Source: Candidatus Limnocylindrales bacterium | GTDB taxonomy: Bacteria > Chloroflexota > Limnocylindria > Limnocylindrales > CSP1-4 | NCBI GenBank assembly: GCA_036404515.1 | Contig: DASWZK010000132.1 | Location: forward strand, 1-59,004 | DNA: 59,004 bases | Reading direction: 5' to 3' | Shown: positions 25,816-34,885 of the stretch, piece by piece | Numbering within the stretch: the stretch's first letter is position 1 | Layout: the number at the start of each line of letters is the position of its first letter | The notes under the pieces: model-generated | Told to the model about the DNA's origin: nothing | The model's database searches: none | The model's input: only the letters and a program-made list of their open reading frames with translations | Made by a program: the position numbers and the translations under genes

Positions 25816-27063
25816 ATGCCGATCTACCTCGACCACGCCGCCACCACCCCGTTGCGGCGCGAAGCCCTCGAGGCAATGCTGCCGTACCTGACCGAGCAGT
25901 TCGGCAACGCCTCTTCGCTGCATAGCTTCGGGCGGCGCTCGCGCGCCGGCCTCGATGAAGCGCACGAAAAGGTCGCACGCGCCCTGGGCGCCACGCCGCG
26001 CGAGGTCGTCTTCACCTCAGGCGGCACCGAGGCCAACAACCTGGCGCTCAAGGGCGGAGCCTGGGCGGGTAAAGCTCGGGGGCATCGGATCATCACCAGC
26101 TCGGTCGAGCACCATTCGGTGGGGCATGCCGTCCGGTACCTCGAGAAGTTCGGCTTCGAAGTCGTGGAGCTGCCTGTGGACCGTTACGGCCGGGTGGACC
26201 CGGACGATGTCGAGGCCGCTATCACGCCCGGAACGATCCTCGTCAGCGTGATGCTTGCCAACAATGAAGTCGGCACGATCCAGCCTGTCGCGGACATCGC
26301 CGCCCGGGTCCGGCGCCACAAGGGGCTCCTTTTCCACACCGACGCAGTCCAGGCGGCGCCCTACCTGGCGATCGATCTGGCCGCCCTTGACGTCGATCTG
26401 CTGACGATTGCTGCTCACAAATTCGAGGGGCCGAAGGGTGTGGGTGCCCTCTACGTCCGCCATGGCACGAACATCCTGGCCCAGCAACAGGGCGGCGCTC
26501 AGGAGAGGTATCGCCGGGCCGGGACCGAGAACGTGGCCGGGGCTGTTGGCATGGGCGTGGCGTTGGAGCTGGCCGTTGCCGAGCGGGCGGAGACGGTCAC
26601 GCGCATTCGTCAGCTGCGGGAGTCCTTCGCCGCGCTCCTTCGTTCCGCGGGCGGCGTCCAGGAGACGGGCCACCCGATCGAGCGGCTGCCGGGTCTGGCC
26701 TCGTTCGTGGCGGCGGGCCAGGACGGCAGTGTCGTAACGATGGCGCTCGATCTGGCGGGGCTCGCCTGTTCGACGGGGTCGGCGTGCGTGAGCGGGTCGA
26801 ACGAGGTCAGCCACGTTCTCAGAGCTATGGGCTATCCGGAGGAAGAGGCAAGGGGAGCGCTGCGGTTCTCTCTTGGTCGAGCGACGACTGCCGCCGAGAT
26901 CACCGAGGCTGCCGAGCTCGTAGTCCGGACGCTCGCCCACCAGGCGGAAGCCGCGGCAAGGCTCAAGGATCAGAAAGCGGCAGCCCTGGGGCGGGCAGTG
27001 GCACCCACCGCGGCACCTGTCGTTGCGGCAGATCAAGCAGGGGCCAAGGTGTCGGCCGGGTGA
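25816..27063 (+). CDS. iscS: Cysteine desulfurase (IscS/NifS family)
   Basis: IYLDHAATTP, SGGTEANN, HKFEGPKGVGALYVR, STGSACVSG. Confidence 0.9.
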   Translation: MPIYLDHAATTPLRREALEAMLPYLTEQFGNASSLHSFGRRSRAGLDEAHEKVARALGATPREVVFTSGGTEANNLALKGGAWAGKARGHRIITSSVEHHSVGHAVRYLEKFGFEVVELPVDRYGRVDPDDVEAAITPGTILVSVMLANNEVGTIQPVADIAARVRRHKGLLFHTDAVQAAPYLAIDLAALDVDLLTIAAHKFEGPKGVGALYVRHGTNILAQQQGGAQERYRRAGTENVAGAVGMGVALELAVAERAETVTRIRQLRESFAALLRSAGGVQETGHPIERLPGLASFVAAGQDGSVVTMALDLAGLACSTGSACVSGSNEVSHVLRAMGYPEEEARGALRFSLGRATTAAEITEAAELVVRTLAHQAEAAARLKDQKAAALGRAVAPTAAPVVAADQAGAKVSAG

Positions 27064-28226
27064 CGGAACGAAATCCGGCCAGGGCCCGCGTTCTCGTGGC
27101 GATGTCCGGCGGCGTGGACTCGTCGGTTGCGGCGGCGCTCGTCAAGGCCGGAGGCGACGAGGCGATCGGCGTCTGGATGCGCCTCAGCGATGTAGCCGAC
27201 AGCTCCAGCGAGTTCAAGCGAAGTTGTTGCTCTCTGGACGCGGCCGAGGACGCCCGGCGCGTGGCATCACAGCTCGACATACCGTTCTACATCCTGAACC
27301 TCGAGCGCGAGTTCGACGAGGGCGTGCTGCAACCGTTTCTGAAGGCATACCTGGAGGGTCGCACTCCCAGTCCCTGCGTCGACTGCAACACCGTCGTCAA
27401 GTTCGGTGCTCTGCTGGGCCGGGCCCGGCTCATGTACGAATGCGACGCCGTGGCCACCGGCCACTATGCCCGGATTGCGGCTCCGGACGAGGGCTCAGAG
27501 GCGGGTTCGGCCGGCGAGAATGCCGATTCCGAGCGCGCCGGGTACCGGCTCCTTCGCGGCCGCGATCAAGACAAAGACCAGAGTTACTTCCTCTACGGCT
27601 TGGGCCAGCACGAGCTGTCCCATGCCCGTTTCCCGCTCGGGGACATGAGCAAGCCGCAGGTCCGCGATGCGGCCCGTGCTCTGGGACTGGCAACGGCCGA
27701 CAAACGCGACAGCCAGGAGATCTGCTTTGTGCCCCGGGGCAACTATCGGGACGTGCTCCGGGAGCGAGCCGGATGGCGAGCCGAGCCCGGGCGCGTGTTC
27801 GACGTCGATGGACGGCAGGTGGGCGAGCATTTCGGCGCTGCCGCCTACACAGTTGGCCAGCGGCAGGGAACGGGCGTGGCGGTGGGCGAGCCACGCTACG
27901 TGTGGAAGATCGATTCGGCCGCCAACGTCATCAAGCTCGGCCGGAGGCAGGACCTCGAGACGCGACGGTTCGAAGTTGAGGAAGTGAGTTTTGTCGCCGG
28001 GAAGGAGACCGCCGGCTCCGGCGGTGACTTCCGCGCCGAGGTCCAGATCAGGCATCGGGGCCGTGTGGCCTCCGCATCGGTTCGCCGGCTGAGTTCCGGC
28101 CGATGGGAAGTCGATGCCGACGAGTCGGTTTGGGCGGCGGCTCCGGGCCAGGCTGCCGTCTTCTACCGGGGCGAGGTCGTGCTGGGCGGCGGCCGGATCG
28201 CTCGATCGGAGGATTCCGGGGACTGA
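27060..28226 (+). CDS. mnmA: tRNA-specific 2-thiouridylase MnmA
   Basis: PP-loop VAMSGGVDSSVAA, plus SPCVDCN and DQSYFL. GTG 27060 overlaps the iscS stop (GTGA). Confidence 0.9.
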   Translation: MTERNPARARVLVAMSGGVDSSVAAALVKAGGDEAIGVWMRLSDVADSSSEFKRSCCSLDAAEDARRVASQLDIPFYILNLEREFDEGVLQPFLKAYLEGRTPSPCVDCNTVVKFGALLGRARLMYECDAVATGHYARIAAPDEGSEAGSAGENADSERAGYRLLRGRDQDKDQSYFLYGLGQHELSHARFPLGDMSKPQVRDAARALGLATADKRDSQEICFVPRGNYRDVLRERAGWRAEPGRVFDVDGRQVGEHFGAAAYTVGQRQGTGVAVGEPRYVWKIDSAANVIKLGRRQDLETRRFEVEEVSFVAGKETAGSGGDFRAEVQIRHRGRVASASVRRLSSGRWEVDADESVWAAAPGQAAVFYRGEVVLGGGRIARSEDSGD

Positions 28227-28248
28227 GCCGGCTCCCTATACTCGCTGG

Positions 28249-28536
28249 GTGTCGATTGGCCCCGCTCCGGTTCTCGCTCTGCTCGTCGGCGGTTTTCACA
28301 CCGCGCTGTTCATGTTCCTGCGCGGCCGCGGCGGCGCCCAGATGCTGATCTTGTTGACGGCGGCAGCGCTGGGGGCGTGGGCGGGCGATGCGATAGGCGG
28401 GCGGATGGGCATCGACCCCTTTCGAATTGGGGACTTCCACGTGATCTCGGCGTCGATCGTCGCCTGGGCGGGCCTCGCCTTCGTGGAGGTGCTATCGATC
28501 CTCGGCCCGGCGAACTCGACGGATCGGCGTCCGTGA
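28249..28536 (+). CDS. Small hypothetical membrane protein (~95 aa, about 3 hydrophobic segments)
   Basis: GTG start in the ORF-track frame, hydrophobic stretches, GC-rich third positions. No family recognised. Confidence 0.45.
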   Translation: MSIGPAPVLALLVGGFHTALFMFLRGRGGAQMLILLTAAALGAWAGDAIGGRMGIDPFRIGDFHVISASIVAWAGLAFVEVLSILGPANSTDRRP

Positions 28537-28691
28537 TCGGCTCTCTTCTGCGACGCCTTTTGGCGACCCGGACGGGTTCCGGCGGTCCGGATCCCCGGCT
28601 GCTTGCCTTCGCTCGCGGCCTGGCCCTCGGTTCCCTGGTGGGAGCCGCGATCGCCGGGTCCAGTATCTGGAAGCGGCGGGGTCGAACCTAA
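28533..28691 (+). CDS. Possible very small membrane protein (52 aa)
   Basis: GTG overlaps the preceding stop (GTGA). One hydrophobic segment, LALGSLVGAAIAG. Weak support. Confidence 0.3.
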   Translation: MIGSLLRRLLATRTGSGGPDPRLLAFARGLALGSLVGAAIAGSSIWKRRGRT

Positions 28692-30364
28692 GCCAGGGCG
28701 CCGCCGCTCGGATCCGAGGGTATCCAGGGCTTTTCGGCGCGGACCGTTCGGACCAGCGCAATAGCCGCCCCGAGCACGATGGCCGAAACCACGACGTCGG
28801 ACGAAAGGGCGCGGTCGGGCCGGTAGATGTCGCAGCCGTATATCGTCGCAACCACCAACCAGGCCATGATCGAGGCGATGAGGCCGGCGGAGAGGAATTT
28901 CGTCAGCTGATCGCGGGCATTCCGGTACACCCGCCAGACGGCCCATAGCGTGGCTGCGTAGATCACAAAGACGAGTGCTGCGGCTGCGACGCCCAGCTCC
29001 GCGCTGATCTCAGGGAAGAAGGAGTGGGCGTGGTCGAGCGTGTCGAGCGCCTGGGCCGGCCTGTATATCGGGTTCAAGTAGTTGGGCCCGAACTGATCCA
29101 GGCCCACGCCAAGGATCGGGTTGGCAATGGCCATCCTCACTCCCGCGTCGGCGGCGTAGAAGCGCTCGAGCATCGAGCCGCGGCCGGCGATCGTGGCCGG
29201 ATTCCAGGAGTCGAATCTGCTTTCGCCCACCAGCGCGACCATGACCGTTCGGTATTCGCTGTCGATGCTCGGGGCGACCTGCAGGAAGAACGCCGGCCAC
29301 GGGATGAACAGGGTCGATACGGCCGCAGCGGCCAGCACAAGCGTCAGGCGACGGCGCCAGCTCTGCACGACGAGAAGCAGGAGCAGGACCGTGCCGCCGC
29401 CGGCGGCGATCCAGGCGCTCTTGGAGAGCGAGAAGAACAGGCCGACAAGACCTAGAACCAGAGTGGCAATCATCAGGGCGGTCGCCCATCGCGGCAGAGA
29501 CAGCGCACGGCGAGATGCCAGCGCCGCAACGATGAGCGGCACGATCATTGCGACAACCGCCGCGAAGATGCCGACGTTGTAGAAGGATGCGTAGGCGAAC
29601 TGAAGGCGGTGCGCCTCCAAAGACGCGAACGAGCTGATCGTGGGAAGCGTTTCGGCGACGTTGAAAGCGGTGGCGAGTCCAACCGAGATGCCGAGGGCCA
29701 CCCCGACCATCACCAGGTCGCGCCGGGACGGGCGCAGGAACACCAGGATGGCCGCCAGTGCGATCGGCTCCAGGATGCCGTGAAGAAGGACCGTGGCGCT
29801 CAATGTGACATTTGGCGAAGCCATGGTGGAGACGACAGCCAGCCCAACAAGGCCTGCGACCGCGACCTCGGCGAGGCGGAACGCAGCGAAGCCTTTGGTC
29901 CGGCCAATCGCCCTGAGGTCGCCGGCCGACCAGAGAAAGGCTCCTCGGTTGGGTCGGGTCGTGGCGGCACCTATGGCCAGGGTGACGACGAAGACCGTCT
30001 GCAAGATCACCTGCACAGGTCCAACCTGCAGCCAAACGTACGCGGCATTCCAGAACGGGATCAGGGCCAGCACGAGGAGCAGCGCCTGCCAAGGGCGGTA
30101 CAGCGCAAACGCCGCCACGAGAGCGGCCACGGTGGGCACTGCGACCGACACGAAGGTCACGAACAACCCGGGTCGCATGATGCTTAGTGGATGCTCGGAC
30201 CGCCCTGCGAGCAGGAACACAGCGACAAAGACCGCGAACGCAGTGGAAAGCCGCACGAGCTGGCCGAGTGCCGGCAGAGCGTACGGAGCGGTGCCCTGCA
30301 ATGGCGACGCGAGGCGGCCAGGGAGCACCGGCTGAGATAGGCGTGGCTGTTCGGTCGTGTCCAA
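28688..30364 (-). CDS. Polytopic membrane protein, O-antigen ligase/polymerase (Wzy_C)-like
   Basis: Many TM segments. FSLSKSAWIAAGGGTVLLLLL resembles the Wzy_C core. Confidence 0.7.
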   Translation of the reverse strand: MDTTEQPRLSQPVLPGRLASPLQGTAPYALPALGQLVRLSTAFAVFVAVFLLAGRSEHPLSIMRPGLFVTFVSVAVPTVAALVAAFALYRPWQALLLVLALIPFWNAAYVWLQVGPVQVILQTVFVVTLAIGAATTRPNRGAFLWSAGDLRAIGRTKGFAAFRLAEVAVAGLVGLAVVSTMASPNVTLSATVLLHGILEPIALAAILVFLRPSRRDLVMVGVALGISVGLATAFNVAETLPTISSFASLEAHRLQFAYASFYNVGIFAAVVAMIVPLIVAALASRRALSLPRWATALMIATLVLGLVGLFFSLSKSAWIAAGGGTVLLLLLVVQSWRRRLTLVLAAAAVSTLFIPWPAFFLQVAPSIDSEYRTVMVALVGESRFDSWNPATIAGRGSMLERFYAADAGVRMAIANPILGVGLDQFGPNYLNPIYRPAQALDTLDHAHSFFPEISAELGVAAAALVFVIYAATLWAVWRVYRNARDQLTKFLSAGLIASIMAWLVVATIYGCDIYRPDRALSSDVVVSAIVLGAAIALVRTVRAEKPWIPSDPSGGALA

Positions 30365-30861
30365 GTCGTGAAAACTCCAGTGGGGCGTCTTCCGCGGCGA
30401 GCCGGCAACCGTGTCGCGATCTCTTCGGTCTGGCCATCTGGGCTTGCCTGACCGGGCCCACGGAAGGCCGTCATGGTCTATCTGGCAGAATGTTCGCTGC
30501 CGCCGGCCAGCGGTGTCTCCTCTTGCTCGCCCTCCAAGACGTGGGCCGCAGATGCAACCGGCACGTCATTGGCAGTTCGCGGGTCCGGGCTCCAGAAACA
30601 CGTCCAACCGGCTCGAATGCTGTCCTCGAAACCTGAGAAGAAGCTGAAAGATACCCCGATTCAGGATCTTGCGAGTTGGCTCGACGCATCTGGCGCGCCA
30701 GGCGCGGTCGACCCCTGGGATCAAGCGGGAAGAATCGGAACGGATCGTGATGGGCAAGAGTCGGCACGCCGCTGGTCCCCGGCCGACCGGTTATGCATTG
30801 GATCGGTATCGCCCTGGGACGAGTGGCCGCGCCCCGGCTCGGTTTGGTACCGTTAGCGGCG

Positions 30862-33609
30862 ATGGAAGACCTGCCGATCCCCTACCTTACCGCGGCCCAA
30901 GTGCGCCGCCGCTATGTCGAATTCTTCGCCCAGCGCGGCCACACGGAGGTAGCTAGCGCGTCGCTTGTGCCGGCCGGGGACCAGACGCTGTTGTTCACGA
31001 ACTCGGGGATGGTCCAGTTCAAGGACGTGTTGACGGGGCGTGAGAAGCGCAGCTACGTAAGGGCGACCGACTACCAGCGTTGCCTCCGTGTCGCCGGCAA
31101 GCACAACGATTTCGAGGAGGTGGGCCGCACTCCGCGCCATCACACCTTCTTCGAGATGCTCGGCAACTGGAGCTTCGGCGACTACTTCAAGCGCGAGGCG
31201 ATCCAGTGGGCCTGGGAGTTGCTGACGGAGGTCTTTGGGATCCCGGGCGATCGACTGGCCGCCACCGTCTACAGCGACGATGACGAGGCCTACAACGTCT
31301 GGCACGATGAGATCGGGCTGCCGCCCGAAAGGATCGCCCGCTGGGGCAACGTAGAAGAGGGCAACGACGCCAACTTCTGGAGGATGGCCGAGACCGGCCC
31401 GTGCGGGCGGTGCTCTGAGATCCATTTCGACCGAGGAGCCCAGTTCAGTGAAGGGCCGCACTGCGTGCCGGACCATTCGGAGCATTGCCCACGCTGGCTT
31501 GAGGTCTGGAACCTGGTCTTCATGGAGTTCGAGCAGCGCGCCGATGGCACGCGCGTGCCGCTGCCGATGAAGTCGGTCGACACTGGCATGGGCCTGGAGC
31601 GCCTCACCAGCGTCATCCAGGGGGTGCCCACGAACTACGACACGGACCTCTTCACGCCGATCCACGCCGCCATGCGAGACCTGCTGGGCCACGATCCGGA
31701 GGCCTTCGAGGCCGAACGATTCAGCTATCAGGTCATCGCCGATCATTCGCGGGCGGTCACGTTTCTCGTGGCCGACGGTGTGGCGCCGTCAAACGAAGGG
31801 CGCGGCTACGTCCTGAGGCGGATCCTCCGTCGCGCGGTGCGTCACGGCCGTCTACTCGGGCGGCCCGGGCCCTTCATGGACGTGACCACCGATGTCGTCA
31901 TCGACGTCATGAAGGAAGCCTACCCATACCTGGCCGAGCAGCGGGAGAGAATCCTCAAGGTCGTTCGCCGGGAAGAGTCGCAGTTCGCAAGGACGCTTGA
32001 GGCCGGCACGGGCCAGCTTGAGGCGGCCCTGGCGGGCCTGACGACCAGTGAACGAGTAGTCGGCCGGCGGCCCGAGAGTCTGCCTGAGGACGCCCCGGTC
32101 CTGCCCGGCGAGGTTGCCTTCCGACTCCACGACACGTACGGGTTCCCGGTCGATCTGACCGTTGACATGGCCGCGGAGCATGGGGTTCGCGTAGATCGCG
32201 AGAGATTCGTCACGGCCATGGCCGAGCAGAAGGAACGAAGCCGAAAGGGGACCAAGGCCGATCTGGCCCGCCATGCCGAGCTCGGCGATCTCTACCAGGC
32301 CATCCTGCGGCGGGTCGGCGAGACGAAGTTCCTCGGCTACGAAGGTACGGAGGCCGAGGGCCGGGTCGTCGCCATCCTGCGCGACGGCATCGAGTATGGG
32401 GAGCTGACCGGCCATGGCGACGCGGAAGTGATGCTCGATGCCACTCCCTTCTACGGCGAGGGCGGAGGGCAGGTCGGCGATAGCGGCGCGCTGCTCGAGG
32501 CCGGCGGAGGCAGCACTCTCTTCAGCGTCGAGGACACGCAGAAGCCGATTGCCGGCCTGGTCGTCCATCGGGGGAGGCTTCACGGCAGGCTCAAGGTCGG
32601 AGAGACGGTCACGGCCCGGGTCGATGCCGAGCGGCGGGCCCGGACAATGCGCAACCACACTGCCACCCATCTGCTCCATCGTGCCCTTCGCAACGTCGTC
32701 GGGCCGGAGGCTCACCAGGCCGGCTCGCTAGTGGCGCCGGACTACCTCCGCTTCGACTACCCGCTGGATCGTGCCCTGACGCCCGAAGAGAGGCGGTCCA
32801 TCGAGGACGAGGTCCGCCGAATCGTGCGCGAGAACCACCCGGTCACAACGGTGGTTCGGCCGATGGCCGAGGCCATTGCCGCCGGCGCGGACGCATTCTT
32901 CGACGAAAAGTACGGCGAGCATGTCCGAACGGTTCGAGTCGAGGGCTACTCGCTCGAACTCTGCGGCGGTACCCACTGCTCCGCGTCCGGCCAGATAGGA
33001 GGCTTCGTCATCACCGCAGATCGAAGCATCGGCGCCGGCATGCGCCGTCTCGAGGCGGTCACAGGCGATGGGGCTGACGCGCTGGTTCGCGAGCGACTCG
33101 CACTGCTCGATCGAGTCGCGGAGTCCCTGGGCGCCACGTCGGTCGAGGCCGCTCCGGAGCGCGTGGCGGCTCTCCAGGAAGAGTTGCGTGAGACACGTCG
33201 CCGGCTGCGTGCCGGTGGCAGCGGCCTGCCGAAGGCCGCGGATCTGGTCGAGCGGGCGGAGGAGGTCTCGCCCGGCGTGAGACTCGTTGCCCACGCCGGC
33301 GCCTTCGAATCACCGGAACAGTGGAAGGGCTTCGTGAAGGAGATTCGGGCGTCGCTTGGATCGGGCGTGATCGCCGTAGCCTTCGACGCCGAGTCACCCC
33401 AGATCTTCGTCACCGTGAGTCCGGACCTGGTCGACCGTGGCATTTCAGCGGGGGAACTCGTCAAGGTCGCCATGAAGTCCATGGAAGGCCGCGGCGGTGG
33501 CCGTCCGGAGATGGCTCAGGGAATGGGAACCCGGCGGGCTGGGATAGGTTCGGCCATGTCCGCCATCGCGGCTACACTTAAGTCGGCAGGAGACGTAGCC
33601 CACAGCTAG
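30862..33609 (+). CDS. alaS: Alanine--tRNA ligase
   Basis: VRRRYVEFFAQRGH, FTNSGM, HHTFFEMLGNWSFGDYFK, editing-domain HTATHLLH, C-terminal DHHA1-like region. Confidence 0.95.
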   Translation: MEDLPIPYLTAAQVRRRYVEFFAQRGHTEVASASLVPAGDQTLLFTNSGMVQFKDVLTGREKRSYVRATDYQRCLRVAGKHNDFEEVGRTPRHHTFFEMLGNWSFGDYFKREAIQWAWELLTEVFGIPGDRLAATVYSDDDEAYNVWHDEIGLPPERIARWGNVEEGNDANFWRMAETGPCGRCSEIHFDRGAQFSEGPHCVPDHSEHCPRWLEVWNLVFMEFEQRADGTRVPLPMKSVDTGMGLERLTSVIQGVPTNYDTDLFTPIHAAMRDLLGHDPEAFEAERFSYQVIADHSRAVTFLVADGVAPSNEGRGYVLRRILRRAVRHGRLLGRPGPFMDVTTDVVIDVMKEAYPYLAEQRERILKVVRREESQFARTLEAGTGQLEAALAGLTTSERVVGRRPESLPEDAPVLPGEVAFRLHDTYGFPVDLTVDMAAEHGVRVDRERFVTAMAEQKERSRKGTKADLARHAELGDLYQAILRRVGETKFLGYEGTEAEGRVVAILRDGIEYGELTGHGDAEVMLDATPFYGEGGGQVGDSGALLEAGGGSTLFSVEDTQKPIAGLVVHRGRLHGRLKVGETVTARVDAERRARTMRNHTATHLLHRALRNVVGPEAHQAGSLVAPDYLRFDYPLDRALTPEERRSIEDEVRRIVRENHPVTTVVRPMAEAIAAGADAFFDEKYGEHVRTVRVEGYSLELCGGTHCSASGQIGGFVITADRSIGAGMRRLEAVTGDGADALVRERLALLDRVAESLGATSVEAAPERVAALQEELRETRRRLRAGGSGLPKAADLVERAEEVSPGVRLVAHAGAFESPEQWKGFVKEIRASLGSGVIAVAFDAESPQIFVTVSPDLVDRGISAGELVKVAMKSMEGRGGGRPEMAQGMGTRRAGIGSAMSAIAATLKSAGDVAHS

Positions 33610-33619
33610 GGGAGCCGCC

Positions 33620-34882
33620 GTGGCGTTCTGGCGCAGGATCTGGGGCCGCGAGGAAGAATCGGCCCTCGCCGTCTGCACTGCGCTGGACATCGGCACAGAG
33701 TTCGTGAAGGCCCTCGTCTTCGAGATTGACGACGCCGGCCTGGGCACGGTTCGTGGCGTCGGCCGCAAGCGGCAGGGCCTCGCTCACATGCAGTCCGGCA
33801 CGGTCACCGACATCAACGCCGTCGTCGACAACTGCTCGGTCGCCCTTCAGGAGGCCGAGGAGATGGCCGGTTTCCGGCCGACACAGTGCGTCATCGGCAT
33901 CGCCGGCGAACTCGTCAAAGGCTTCACCACGACCCATCAGCAGGCCCGCAAGCGGGCCGACATCGCCATCACGGATGACGAGCTGCAGAAGCTGATCGAA
34001 GGCGTCCAGCGCGAAGCCCTTCGCGAAGCCGAACGAGCCATCACCTGGGAAACGGGCCTCCCGCAGGTCGACGTGAGGCTGGTCCACGCGGCCATCACCG
34101 GCGCTCAGATCGACGGCTATCCGGTCACCAATCCGGTCGGGTTCCAGGGCCGCAACGTCAAGATCAGCGTCTTCAACGCGTTTGCTCCGCTGGTTCACCT
34201 GGGCGCCCTGCAGAGCGTAGCCCAGCAGCTCGAGCTCGAGCTGCTCGAAATCGTCGCCGAACCGTATGCCGTGGCCCGCGTTCTTGCCAGCGAGCAGGTC
34301 CAGCAATCCGGCGCCCTTTTCATCGACATGGGCGGCGGGACCACCGACGTGGCCCTGGTCCGTCACGGTGGCATCGAAGGGACTCGGATGTTCGCCCTCG
34401 GTGGCCGGGCGTTCACCAAGTCCATTGCCGATCGCCTCGACCTGCCGTTCCCGCGAGCCGAGGAGATGAAGATCGACTACGCCCGCGGCATGCCAACCGA
34501 TCATCGCGACGAACTGGCGAAGATCGTCGCCGACGACGTGGCCATCTGGGCCACCGGGGTGGAGCTGGTGCTGGACGAGCTGGCCGAAGGCGATCTGCTG
34601 CCGGGGCGCGTCTACCTGTGCGGCGGCGGTTCGCATCTGCCGGAGATCGAGCCGACCCTGTGCGGCGAGGCGTTCTGGAGGCATTTGCCATTCAGTCGAC
34701 CGCCGGAAGTAATCGTCATGGCTCCAGGGCAGGTCGAACGAATCAAGGACGGCACCCACCTCCTGGTCGACCAGCAGGACGTTACGCCGCTCGGCCTGGC
34801 CTACCAGGCCATCGAGCTCCAGATCAACGAAGATCCGCTGGATGTCGCTTTGCGGCGCGTCCTGCGAGCAATGAAGATGTAG
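33620..34882 (+). CDS. FtsA-like actin-fold ATPase
   Basis: ALDIGTEFVKALV, IGIAGE, LFIDMGGGTTDVALV, VYLCGGGSHLPEI. The amphipathic basic C-terminus ALRRVLRAMKM could be a membrane-targeting helix. Confidence 0.8.
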   Translation: MAFWRRIWGREEESALAVCTALDIGTEFVKALVFEIDDAGLGTVRGVGRKRQGLAHMQSGTVTDINAVVDNCSVALQEAEEMAGFRPTQCVIGIAGELVKGFTTTHQQARKRADIAITDDELQKLIEGVQREALREAERAITWETGLPQVDVRLVHAAITGAQIDGYPVTNPVGFQGRNVKISVFNAFAPLVHLGALQSVAQQLELELLEIVAEPYAVARVLASEQVQQSGALFIDMGGGTTDVALVRHGGIEGTRMFALGGRAFTKSIADRLDLPFPRAEEMKIDYARGMPTDHRDELAKIVADDVAIWATGVELVLDELAEGDLLPGRVYLCGGGSHLPEIEPTLCGEAFWRHLPFSRPPEVIVMAPGQVERIKDGTHLLVDQQDVTPLGLAYQAIELQINEDPLDVALRRVLRAMKM

Positions 34883-34885
34883 CCG

